NCBI RefSeq assembly: GCF_018977255.1
Contig: NW_024704745.1
Location: forward strand, 13,702,001 to 13,766,000
From: Callorhinchus milii
Lineage: Eukaryota
Reading direction: 5' to 3'
DNA length: 64,000 bases
Part shown: piece after piece, positions 38,553-50,328 of the stretch
Position numbering within the stretch: position 1 is the first letter of the stretch
How the letters are laid out: every line of letters begins with the position of its first letter
Made by a program: the position numbers and the translations under genes
The notes under the pieces: generated by a model
What the model was told of the DNA's origin: nothing
The model's input: only the letters and a program-made list of their open reading frames with translations
Database searches by the model: none

Positions 38553-38882
38553 AGGTTTCCTTTTCAGAGTGGATCATTTAAGCTTTTAAAATTATTAAAT
38601 AAAAAAAGGCATGCATCATGCCATTCAAATCATTGTTCAGCCATATTAACGGGCGTGTTTCAATATTTTCAAAGACTGGCAAACAATTACATATGAAGAC
38701 TCAGCATTAGACTACGAGTCTCATATTATTCCTCAAGAATCCCATCGGTTTCCCGATGAATACAGTTGCACAGAGCTTTCGTCCAGCTAATGTATGGGGG
38801 GAAAAAAAGTGCAGTGCAATTTGGGATTAACGCGGAGACCATACCGAGGAGGTGATATTAACACCACGGTACAGTATAGCAT

Positions 38883-39254
38883 GGAGCTCTGTAACTCGGT
38901 GGTTAGAGCAGCTCTCCTCGCAAGCGAGAGACCTGGGTTCGATTCCCGGGCAGGGTGAAATGTTGGGCAAGTTTCCTTACCCCACACCATGTTTACCTAG
39001 CAGTAAATAGCAACCCCCGTTGTTAAGTCAATCGACGGGTGGGGGGGGGGGTCCTTCAAAAAAAATAACAATAATCATCATCACCGTAAGAAATCGGTGT
39101 CACTTCCACCCACGGCTGTGGGTGTGGGTCGCGGCTGCCGCGTTTCACCCCACAAAACGTGCAGCCCATTTAAACCTGACGGCGTGTCCTGCGGAGCGCT
39201 TCGAGACGTCTCGGAGACGTGACGAGGAGCTGCATCGCACATGCCGGGATTATT
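38883..39254 (+). mobile_element. tRNA-derived SINE (older subfamily), GC-shifted
   Basis: Same architecture as the 45978 copy but with many A/T-to-G/C changes. Confidence 0.85.
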
Positions 39255-39257
39255 CGT

Positions 39258-39563
39258 GGAGTCCTGCAGCTCAGCGGTTAGAGCACTCGCTTTGCGAGCG
39301 AGAGACCTGAGTTCAATTCCAGGCAGAGGGCGAAACCTTGGGCAAGTTTCCTTACTCCACACAGAGCCTAATAATAATCCCTCCAAAACCAAAAACAATA
39401 ATAAATTGGTCATTTTCAATCCACGACTGTTTGTGGGACATTGCTGTGCGCGATTGGCCGCCGCGTTCGCCCACAAATACGCAGTCGATTCACTTTACAG
39501 TGTGTTCTGTGAAGCGCTTCGGGACGTCCTCCCGACGTGAAAAGCGCTATATCAAATGCAAGG

Positions 39564-39597
<34 letters not shown>

Positions 39598-39599
39598 TA
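39258..39599 (+). mobile_element. tRNA(Ala)-derived SINE, full length with long (ATT)n tail
   Basis: Near-identical to the other young copies. Confidence 0.95.
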
Positions 39600-39719
39600 C
39601 TGTTATCCCCTGGCGAAGTGAAGGGGAGGGAGAGGGGGAAGAGGAGGAGGGGAGAAGAAAGAAAGAAAGAAAGTAAGTAAGTAAGTAAGAAAGACATTGT
39701 AAAGGGGCAGCGAGTTATT

Positions 39720-40620
39720 TACCAACAATGGGGAGAAAAGAAAACAACCAACGGTTCGATCCGACTTTGTGTTGGGGGGTAAAATCCCGCGGTCGCAGTT
39801 AATATTTCTGTCGGTCTCTCTCTCTGTCTCTCTCAGTGTATACGGAGAGCGCGTCCTTCGGCTTCGGATTTTTTTTTTTGCGCGTGAATTCCCGCCCGAC
39901 GGCGACTCAAAAATAAACGGTCGCTGGCGCCGGAAGTACGTCACCGCAGACCCCGGCTCGCGGCGACGCCACGACGCCAGGTCACGTCACCTCACCTCAC
40001 GTCGGACGCGCCCACGGCTGTCAATTCAGCTCCGGGACCCTGGAGGTTTGGGGGCGGTTTCGCGCTCAGGTTTGGGGGCGGTTTCGCGCTCAGGTTTGGG
40101 GCGGTTTCGCGCTCAGGTTGGGCGGCTTTCACTGCCCCGATTGAGTTGCGTCGTGCGGTGTTCAGCGTTGCGCGGCTTTGGGCGGGCGGATAAGACGTGT
40201 AAACCTGTAAAAAGCGTCGGGGGCTACTTTTTGGGCTGGTGGTCTGGTGGACTTTGGGCTACTTGTAGCCTCGCCTGCCCCCCCCCGGCCTGCAGCCCGG
40301 CCCGGCCCGGCTCTGGTCTGCTCAGGGAGGGGAGGAAAGGGGAGGTGGGCTGGTGAGCTGACAGCTCCCACTCCCGAGGGAGGGAGGGAGGGAGGTGGAG
40401 GTCAGGGTACCAGGGCCGGTCAGGTGGGAGGGACTGACGAGCACCGCCGGCCCGGCTCCGGCTCCGATGGATCGAGATCCTTCTCCCAAGAAGATGGCCG
40501 ACGAGGACGATGAGCCGCCAGTGAGTGGGGTTTGTTTCGGGGTTTGTTTGTCGTCTGGTGGGTGTCGTGTTTTTTTTTTACCGATCAGACCCCCGGAGAG
40601 TCTCTTAAGATTCCCGCCCC
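39720..40620. promoter_or_regulatory. CpG-island bidirectional promoter of NDC80 (-) and TAF13 (+)
   Basis: CpG-dense region between divergent genes. E2F-type TTCCCGCC (~39889), ETS CCGGAAGT (~39930), ACGTCA half-CRE sites, and a candidate NDC80 exon-1 donor at 39723. Confidence 0.85.
40044..40130 (+). repeat. ~24-bp tandem repeat x3.5, each full unit a GC-box plus E2F site
   Basis: AGGTTTGGGGGCGGTTTCGCGCTC at 40044, 40068 and 40092 (23 nt), plus a partial copy. Confidence 0.92.
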
Positions 40621-43600
40621 CGTCATTGCCCCACCCCACCCCGAAAGGCAAAGGAAATGAAACGAGCGATAGAGAAGGAAGCGTGTAATAATAATAATAA
40701 TAATAATAGTAATAATGGTAGTAATAATCCTTGCTTTTGATACCGCGCCGTATCGCGTCCGCGAGACGTTTCGCGGGTTATACTGTCAAGTGAATTGACT
40801 GTAAGTTTTGTGGGCGAAAGGCGGGGGAGGGAGTGTCCCCCAAACAGTCGTGGATTGAGTGACCCAAATTATTGTTGTTTGTTTATTTTGAAAGGGTTAA
40901 TACCCCTCAATACCCGGGGTTTCCCCCCACCCCACCCCGGAAAGTGATCCGCCGTTCGACTAACAACCAGGCTCCCGCTTACTTGTAGCTTTGTAACGCC
41001 TTCTGTTCAAAGTGCTTCACCAGGAATTAATAATAATAATAATAATAATGATCCTCGCATTTGATATAGCGCTTTTCACGTCGGGAGGACGTCCCAAAGC
41101 GCTTCACAGAACACACTGTAAAGGGAATTGACTGTATATTTGTGGGCGAACGCGGCGGCCAATTGCACACAGCAATGTCCCACAAACAGTCGTGGATTGA
41201 AAATGACCAATTTATTATTGTTTTTGGTTTTGGAGGGATTATTATTAGGCTCTGTGTGGAGTAAGGAAACTTGCCCAAGGTTTCACCCTCTGCCTGGAAT
41301 TGAACTCAGGTCTCTCACTTGCAAAGCGAGTGCTCTAACCACTGAGCTACAGGACTCCATGAATTGGGGTTAAGTGCAGTGACTGACTGGGTCAACTGTA
41401 TCCCTGGGTCTTGTCTCCAGACACAGTCTCAGCAGTGTCTCGCAAACAGCCATAGAGTGAGTGACCGGTTTTATTTGGGGGTTGTTGGCCAGGACGCCGA
41501 GAGAAACTCTATTCTCTTTTCGAATGGTGCCATGGTGAGCTTTAAGGTCCACTTGAACAGGCAGACGGGAACTCAGTTTAACGTCCTACCCGAAGAAAGG
41601 CACCTCCGACAGGTTCTAAATCCCGAGGTGGGTCTTGAACCCTCAAACCTTCTGACTCCGAGGCAAGAGTCCTACCAACTGGACCAGGCTAATACACAAT
41701 TTATATTGCATCTGGGATACCTTATGGAATGGATTGGCTTCATGCAGGATCCAGTTTGTAAATGTTTAGATGGATAATATAATTATGGATAATAGCTCAT
41801 CGATGGGACTACTTGTACAATACAGAATTGATCAGGTTTTACGAAAATCAACAGAACTTGTTAGAATCTTAATTCAATTTAAAGAGTCAAAAGTAATGAA
41901 AGACTAAAGTAGTAATTCTTAATTTTTGTAGTTTGATGAAGACGTGGAGGAAAGTGGAAGTGGTGCAGAGGGTGGGCAAGGCAGGCGAAGAGACTCTTCT
42001 CCAAGGAACGTAAGTATTAGATTCCTTAAAAACATTTTAGTGTTCCGAGATTCATGAACAGTGCTGTGTAAATGCAAGTTGGTTTGTTTAGATTAAGGAG
42101 AGGTTTCAGAAATTATTATTGCAAGAAATTGAGTTGTAACCTCAAATGTATAATTCTTTGCAGATAATAAAGAGCAATTTTAAATCCTGAAAGATGAAAT
42201 CTATCAGTTTCTGTAGGCACAGGATAACTCCAACCTAGGCATTTAGTTTTCACTTTCACAACTGGGTTGGTAGGTTTTGAGGTTGTCTCAGAGGCAGGGT
42301 GGAGCAAGACTATGGAGGGATTTAAAGGTTAAAGTGAGGATTTTCAACTCGAATAAACTCATTAATGTTGCTGCCACAACAATGTTTAATGCTGTTATTT
42401 TCACTTTGCGGATGAAGAGTTGTAAAGTGCATTTTCTGCATCCTTACAGCTTTTGGAAATACCCTGATAAAATTTAACAATATATACAAAACCCCAGGAA
42501 TAAGATGGGAGTCTAAAACATTATCTTGTATGATTATCAGTGAGCCTTAATCCTTTTTGTTTGGCTTGACAGGAGACTACCGCATACGGAAGCCATCATT
42601 GTAACTAAAGTATATAAACCAGACTGAGAATTCCATACATACATTTTACTTAAGCATGAAAATTTTTCATTCGTCTGGAATGGAGTGCAGACTCACCCCG
42701 GAGGAATGCATCCTGCTTTGCTAATCGTGGAAAGTTTTCAGTGCAGATTGGCAAGGACTAAGCGTGGGCAACGTCAAAGTTTGCATTGGGGACTGATGGA
42801 GTTTAACCAACTAAAAAAGCTTCGCTTGCCACTGTGACACTGTTTGGCAATCTTCGTCTTGCTTGTTGAGTTGGAACTATAGCTTTCAGGGTTAACAGGA
42901 GCCAATTGGGAAGAATCCCCCCTCCCCTAGTGACTGTGATATCATCCGCAGACATGGGGTAAATTTCCACATGTATGCGGATGACACCCAACTCTACCTC
43001 TCTGCCTCTACCCTGCTCTCCAGTACTACTGGTGTCCTGACCGACTGTCTGTCCGACATCCAAGTCCTGGACGAAGGCCAAATTTCTCCAACTCAACGTC
43101 AGTAAGACTGAGGCCCTCCTGATTGGCTCGCACCAGCGCCTCTGTACCTCAGGCGCTGGCAGCATCAGCCTCCACGACTGCACACTCAACCTCACTAAGC
43201 CAGTCAGGAACCTGGGTGTCTTGTTTGATCTACCTCTCTGACCTGCTGACTCCCTACCAATCTGCCCACTCCCTCCATTCAGCGGGCTCCGGCCTGCTCC
43301 GCCCTACCGCCCTACCATCGGTGGCTGGGCTTTCAGCCTCTCTGCCCCCATGCTCTGGAACTCCAACCTACGGTACCTTCGCCTCGCTTTCTCCCTTGTC
43401 TCCTTTACGGCTGTTCTCAAGACCCTTCTCTTCGACCGTGCCTTTGGTCTCCCTCCCACCTCTCTGCCTTCCCTCACCCCTACACCATCCCTCCCCCATG
43501 CTCGGACCCCGACCCCTGACTGTTCAGTGCTTTGGGACGTTCTCCCGACATGAAGGGCGGTCTATAAATATAATTTTGTTGTTGTTGGTGGTCTGTGTCT

Positions 43601-44654
43601 CCAGGTCCTATTGATTAACCAAGCTGACTGGTCTTTCATCAGAAGTGCTTTGGAGTACTGCAGAATGGTTTAAATGGTTGTGAGAAAATATGGAAATGCA
43701 GTTATGGTCTTGGAAGTTTCCCTCAATCACTATTCCAAGGAAAGATCAGAGGAAAAGATTTTCTAATAGCTGGTTCAGAGCAGATAGATGCACGATTGCT
43801 AGAATAATTCAAGCTTAAATGTCTTCATTCAAAATCTATGTTCCTTCCCAACAGTGAGATGTATGATGTATGGCTTTGGGGATGACCAGAATCCATACAC
43901 TGAATCAGTGGATATTTTGGAGGACCTCGTCATAGAGTTTATCACAGAGATGGTGAGCAGAGAAACTCTAACATTTTATAGTTTCTGTTTTGAAGTTTGG
44001 TGAGACCTGTAAAGCAAAGCATTTCTATTCAAATATAATCCTCCAAATTCTTGCCATTCTCAAAATTCAAGTGTCTGTGACCTCCTAACTCCCTACTAAT
44101 CTGTGTGCTCCCTCAACCCAGTTGGCTCCAGCCTGCTTCAAGCCTTGGGACATGCTCCGGATGGGAAAGGCGCTATACTAATGTAATTTGTTGTTGTATG
44201 AAGAGAAAGTGATTTGTATACACTTGAGCCATTACGTATAAATTAAATAGGTGTTTGTACAATATAAGCTTAGAAAATGGTATTGGAGAAATTTAGATTT
44301 TGGAATTTAAATTTGTTTAATTAAATGTTTTACTGTAATAGTATTAACTGTTTTAAATTTAAACATATATAAAAGCTCTGCGCTAAATGGTGATTGTATC
44401 ATAGTTGTAAATCTTTTTGGAATTGTCTTTGTGTCTCACTTTAAAAAAAAGACTGATTTCATTTATTTTTCTTCACCACATAGACTCACAAGGCCATGTC
44501 AATAGGACGCCAGGGTCGAGTGCAAGTGGAAGATATTGTTTTTCTGATTCGCAAAGACCCACGGAAATTTGCCAGAGTGAAAGATCTACTGACAATGAAT
44601 GAAGAGCTGAAGCGTGCCAGGAAAGCTTTTGATGAAGCCAATTATGGCTCCTAG
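40494..44654 (+). CDS. TAF13: TFIID subunit TAF13, 124 aa once a 1-nt deletion in exon 2 is corrected
   Basis: Exons 40494-40520 (MADEDDEPP|gtgagt), 41932-42009, 43855-43952 (RCMMYGFGDDQNPYTESVDILEDLVIEFITEM) and 44484-44654 (THKAMSIGRQGRVQVEDIVFLIRKDPRKFARVKDLLTMNEELKRARKAFDEANYGS*). Near-identical to vertebrate TAF13 as I recall it. Confidence 0.96.
41028..41358 (-). mobile_element. tRNA(Ala)-derived SINE, young full-length copy
   Basis: Reverse complement of the 39258 copy family. Confidence 0.95.
41480..41690 (-). mobile_element. Second, different tRNA-headed SINE family relic
   Basis: Minus strand CAGTTGGTAGGACTCTTGCCTCGGAGTCAGAAGG...GGTTCAAGACCC (A/B boxes); a similar head lies at ~62970-63040. 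Confidence 0.55.
42935..43586 (+). mobile_element. L2-clade LINE 3' fragment (internally deleted)
   Basis: [11 protein letters not shown] reverse-transcriptase motif at ~42965-42997; 3' end gggacgttctcccgacatgaagggc...(ttg)n. Confidence 0.9.
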
Positions 44655-45381
44655 ACAAGGAAGCGTTTAGTCCAAGTAGTTGAAAAATTCAGTATAATTG
44701 CTGAAACTTGGGAAAGGCATAAAATAGTATCAGTGTGGACAGACTGGAACTTGACAGAATAGGGTAATACCTTAAAGAATTTGTTTAAAACTACTATACA
44801 TTTCACCAAAACAAGTGCTGTATTTGAACAGCACATGCAACATCAGGGGTATCTCAGTGGATTTGGCAATAAACATGAGAAGTGTTTACTTATTTAAACT
44901 TCATCCTAAAAGGGTGATGGTTAATAAGGGTCGAGTGTTTGCTGCTACAATTTTCGTCTATAAAGTTGAAAATTTTTGAGACCGTCCTTTATAACGTTCA
45001 AAAATTGAAAAAGGAACAATGCAAAAACGGAATGGCAGGGAAAGTGATTTTATAAATCATAATGTTTATTACAAAAAAAGTAAAAGACCAATGAACCTTA
45101 GCTAAATGGGAATGTTCACATATAAACACGTGTAAGGTAATTGAAAATGAGGATGTTGCAAAATTCATGTGAATTCTTAAGCTCATAAAATGTATAGCAT
45201 TTGTCACTACTATCACCGTTTGCAGGGCATTTTAAAAATATATTTTGAGGATTTAAACTCCAAATTGCATTTGGTGTTTTTAATCCTTAATTTTCTTTAA
45301 ATATTATTTAAAATTAATGGTGCTACATAATGCTTTTACTGTTCCATTTCTTATCTCTTGTGTTGTGTTTTTTTAATACAA

Positions 45382-45387
45382 AATAAA
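45382..45387 (+). terminator. Candidate TAF13 poly(A) signal (another at 44868-44873)
   Basis: AATAAA hexamers in the AT-rich region 3' of the TAF13 stop. Confidence 0.45.
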
Positions 45388-45977
45388 ACTTTTTTGGGAT
45401 CTCAAATTAAAACACAGATTGTATCATGATTCTTGACAGAATTTCTTTGTGACCAAATGGAATTACTAAACTTTGCCGAAAGTTCTCCTTAAACAATGTG
45501 TAATTAAAATCAAAGTACTGTGCTATTGAAGACCATTATTTCTATTACTATAATAGTAATCCTTATAGAACATTAAAAGTTGTGAAAGATAGATTGTACT
45601 GTTCTCCTGTATACAGCTTTCAATCATATAAAATCTAATCTCTCATTCGTAGCCTAAACAAATTACAGTAAATTAATAACTTGACCCTGGCTTAACGTGT
45701 GACTTCCACTTAAGTCATGACGTGGTCAATATCTCGGCCACATTTATTTATACATATGCCTAACTTGCTGCTCTGGAAAACTTATCACTGAATGCTTTTC
45801 CTTTGGAATGACGAATTGTCAGTTTACTGTATTACCAACTTGCAGTATTTGGTTTCTCCATTGGATGGTGCTGATAACTAAATGGACCACTCCATTAAAT
45901 ATGTTGCCCCTCAGATCTGTGCAGTTCCGGACAGTAGTTATTCTGCCCAAGGAGGATAACTTTTAGCCAGCAAAAAC

Positions 45978-46339
45978 GAGTCCTGTGGCTTAGTGGTTAG
46001 AGCATTTGCAAGCGAGTGGACCTGGGTTCGATTCTCGGCAGGGCAAAAAGTTGGACAAGTTTCCTTACTCCGCCGACTCTGTTTACCTAACAGTAAGTAG
46101 GAACCCGGTTGTTAGTCGATTGGTAGATCGCTTTTCCGGGGATAATAATTCCTTCAAAATAAATTAAAATAATTTGGTCACTCAATCCACGACTGTTTGT
46201 GGGACACTGCTGTGTGCAATTGGCCCCTGTTCTTCGCCTGCAAAATATAAAGTCAATTCACTTTACAGTATATTCTATGAAGTGCTTTGAGACGTCTCGA
46301 AGACATGATAAGGTGCTATATCAAATGCAAGGATTATTA
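45978..46339 (+). mobile_element. tRNA-derived SINE (older subfamily), full length
   Basis: gtggcttagtggttagagc...gggttcgattctc head, family body and tail. Confidence 0.92.
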
Positions 46340-48919
46340 CAATTAGGTTAGATCCAATTTCATAGAGACCAGCCCTCCCAACAACTCATTCAAGTCATAG
46401 TTCTCAATGTATGATCTCAGGCAATAGGTGTGCTGGTTACAATGATATTGTCCTTAACATTTCCCAGTTTGGGTGGGCAGGAGGAGAGGATCACTGGATG
46501 GTAACACAAGCAGGTATTTCAGAAAGTGTAGTTTCTCTTTCCTGTCCCTCTCCCACCCACCACCCCACGAATGACTCAGCACCACACTGGACATTGTGGG
46601 TACTCAATGTACCAGGAGCAAGCCCAGTTCACACAAGTCCATTTAGGGGTTAGTGTAGACTATGGACCATAAGTAATTTGGGTATGTAGTTGTAGCCAGC
46701 AACAATGAGTTGATTGGAGCTAGTGTAAATTCCAGTCTATCGAGTTTAAATTCTACAACATATTCAATGCAATGCACTGAGCAGTGGGGAGCTGATAACA
46801 GCATTATTTGTCAATCGTACTTTGATGAATGAGGGAATGTTTCCACATGTTTACACTTTTCCACGATTCAACACAAGAATCAAACCACCTGGATGTTGTG
46901 GGATCTCTTTTAAAAAAAGTTTTCATTGTATTTGCAAGTTCTTCACATGTAACGACTGTTGCAAATTCAGAGAACTTTCATTTTTTCTCTGGCTTAGAAA
47001 TATAGCTCACTATAGACTTGCCTTTGATTTGATAATTAAATATAGGAAGAAATAGAATTTCACTGTCAACAATCGTGTCTAGGTTTTTAGCAGTAGAATT
47101 ATCGTAAAACCAATTCATATTGTTTTCAATTGTTTGAATATGTGTCTTCTGACTTTTTGCCTCTGTTCGAGTTAAAGTGAATAGATAGACACTTTAGCAA
47201 AGTAGAGTGTATACGTGAGCAGATTTATTTTACACATGAGTAGGTGCTTAGTGTTCATTAATCCATACTTCAGTTCACAATCAAAGCTCCCAGTGAGATC
47301 CATGAAATGGTGTCATCATCCAAAATGGGCATTATTTCTCCAGTCAGCATTGCTGACCCATGCTTTACAATCTTCCCCCCTTCGTGCCTATGGATGATTT
47401 TCTGCAGTAGAAACACTTTTTAAAATCATTATTGATAATTTTATATGCTAAGATAAACAATCAGAAATTAGAACTGATAAAATTAGATATTCTGAAAGTT
47501 TTTTGATGACATTATCAGTAAGTGTAGTGATGAAGTGAGCTCATAGTACAGTGAGACCTTGTTATGATGCACTCTTTCATCATTGCACTCAAAAATCCCA
47601 ATAGCGATAAATGTCTTCCTTATAACCTTGAAGTGGAGCTTCCTTTGCTATCCATCAGATTATGGAATGGAACAAATATAAATTTTCCCTTAATATATCA
47701 TGCTGTTTGAGATTTTTGTCACAAGTGTTTGGATTAAAGCTAATACAACTGTGATTACGTGCAGCCATGCTCAAACCAACTTTAGTTCCATCTCACTGTA
47801 TTTCCAATAAAGAAACATCCCAACCTGCTTTTATAACAACGTCTGACCATTTACCCTGGAAGCTACAATGGAATATGAGTAACCCTTGGAAGTTAAAATG
47901 TGTTTGTTCATCTAGTTTCCTGTGCCAGGTACAGCAGCTCTTCTCCCACAAGTGATGCTCAGAGTTCTGGGGTCTGAGTGGGAGCCAGTGGGACATATCC
48001 CTCAAGAGGCTTTCTCTGGGGGTTGGATATATCTGCAGAAAGAAACACAATTGAAACATATTTGTTAATTTGGACTAGGGTAAGCTGATCTACATATGCA
48101 GGTAGATTTCTTATAACATATCTTAGACATTTGTGGAAGAGATATTTGAATAATGAAAATGTTATACAATGCTGTATATAACAGTAGAGGTGTCAACCTC
48201 TCCAAATAATATAGGAGAATCATGATTAACTTATATTTGCACTGAATCATTTCCCAGAGAAAACTTTTTTAGTCATGGCTGGGGTAAGGGAAGTCTGATT
48301 TAGGGATCTACTTCAAAGTCATCGGGCCAAATATGGTGCAAATACAAATTAAGCTTCAGTCAAGCAGGTTTCTGTTGTATTGAATGTGTTGTAGAAAATA
48401 AACCTGATAAAATGGAACTTACACCAGCTCCAGTCAACTCCTTTTTGCTGGCTTCAACTAAATATGCAAATTACTTATGGTCCATAGTCTATACTGACCC
48501 CTAAATGGACTTGTGTGAATTGGGTTTGCTCCTGGTACATTGAGTATATACAATGGCCAGTGTGATGCTGAGGCATTCAAAACAGGTTCCATCATGTGCT
48601 GAGTTGGATGATCTTCCCCTGGTAATACCAATGCATTGGAATTGCGTTGTATGCCCTGGTTTGTGGTGGGGGGGAGGGGGGTCAGGAAAGAGGGAGAACC
48701 GACACTTTCTGAAATACCTGTTTATGTGTTACCATCCAGTGGCCCTCTCCCCCTGTCCACCCAAACTGGGAAACGTTAAGGATAAGATCACTGTAACCAT
48801 CATTGTATTGCCTGAGATCACACATTGAGAACCGTCACTTTAATGAGGTACTGGAGGACCAGTGTCTATTAAATTATATCCAACATACTAATAATAATGC
48901 TTGCATTTGATATAGCACC
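46312..48919. repeat. Long inverted repeat: arms ~46312-46773 and ~48375-48919
   Basis: For example cacaagtccatttaggggttagtgtagactatggaccataagtaatttg pairs with caaattacttatggtccatagtctatactgacccctaaatggacttgtgtg; similarity is colinear over more than 400 bp. Confidence 0.92.
47959..48032 (-). CDS. POPDC2: POPDC2 alternative (distal) terminal coding exon
   Basis: Acceptor tttctttctgcag. Spliced from the phase-1 internal donor at 55426 it reads DISNPQRKPLEGYVPLAPTQTPEL*, matching the ...PLAPTHTPEL C-terminus I recall for human POPDC2. Confidence 0.85.
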
Positions 48920-49371
48920 AAACTCCATGACCCCATCTCCCCCACTCTTGCCCGACTCCATTGGCTCCCTATCCTTCAGAGGATCCAGTTCAAGATCCTG
49001 GTCCTCACCTACAAAGCCCTCCATGGCCTCGCCCCACCCTACCTCTATGACCTCCTAACCCCCTACCAATCCGCCCGTTCCCTCTGCTCAGCTGGCTCTG
49101 GCTTGCTCCATGTCCCCCGACCCACCCACCCACCACTAGTGGGAGAGCCTTCAGCCACTCTCCCCCCAACCTCTGGAATTCCATCTCCAGTTACTCCGCC
49201 TCGCCTCCTCCTTAGCCTCCTTCAAGTCCCGCCGCAAGATCCTTCTCTTCGACCATGCCACCCCCCTTCCCCTCCCCTGACCCCAGCTCGGGTCTGAAAT
49301 GCTGTACTCTGTCACGCGCCTTGGGAAGTCCTCCCGATGTGAAAGGTGCTATACAAATGTAATCTTGTTGT
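48919..49371 (+). mobile_element. L2-clade LINE 3' fragment
   Basis: [40 protein letters not shown]-type C-terminal motif and (ttg)n tail. Confidence 0.9.
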
Positions 49372-50328
49372 TACTGTAGCGCCTTATCATGTCTTTGAAA
49401 TGTCTCAAAGCACTTCACAGAATACACTGTAAAGTCAATTGTATATTTTGTGGGCGAAACGCGGCTGCCAATTGTGCACAGCAGTGTCCACAAACAGTTG
49501 TGGATTGAGTGACCACATTTTTTTTGCATATATATATTTTGGGGGCTGTGAAGAACCAGAAAGAAATTATAATACAAAATTGGTTTGTTAGCCTATTCTA
49601 AACTGTTGGAAGCTTCTGGGCAGAAATACAGCATCTTTGAAGATGAGGCTAATGGAGTCACACAATTGTTTAAAACCAAGATGAACCAATGTACAAAATT
49701 CCTGACACCAATAAGTGTGATTCATCTAAATGGTACTGTCATTGTTGAGATGCAATAATGCTCAGTATTCTATACCTTTTTGTGCACCACTTCAGTTCAT
49801 TAACTTAGAGACATGAGAACAATTACACACTTTGTTTTATATAACATTCCTTCATTATCTTTGGTACGTTGGTGACTTACCTTTGTTTGATCAAACCACA
49901 ATTATTATTATTAAATAGCAATCGACAGTAAATGTTACCTGTTTCCACTTTGAATAAAGAAAGACTTCAGGTTGTTACAGGAAATACATTTGTGAATACT
50001 GTAGCTTGTTTATGTTTATGTCTAATAACTTCCCACGAAAACTTTTTTTTCCAAATAAATAAAAAACTAATTTATATTGGACTACGTATTTCAGCAGTCC
50101 GTACTCCCTCCATACTTACGTATATAAAACAAAACTGTCTTGAAATAAGGACTAATTTTCCTTAACCTTTCTCAACTTAAATAGCAATTTTTATAGATTA
50201 AAAATGTTAAATCATGGTTAAGATTGTGCTCTCATGGATAGATAACAGGCTTGTTATTTGCTATTTTCTGAAACCAGTACTAATACAACAACAACAACTT
50301 GCACATATATAGCGCCCCTCGTGCAGAG

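Noticed and set aside
40494-44654. TAF13, POLQ or POPDC2 as pseudogenes
   Set aside because: Each has only one 1-nt lesion with intact splice sites and strong conservation elsewhere, so assembly error is more parsimonious.
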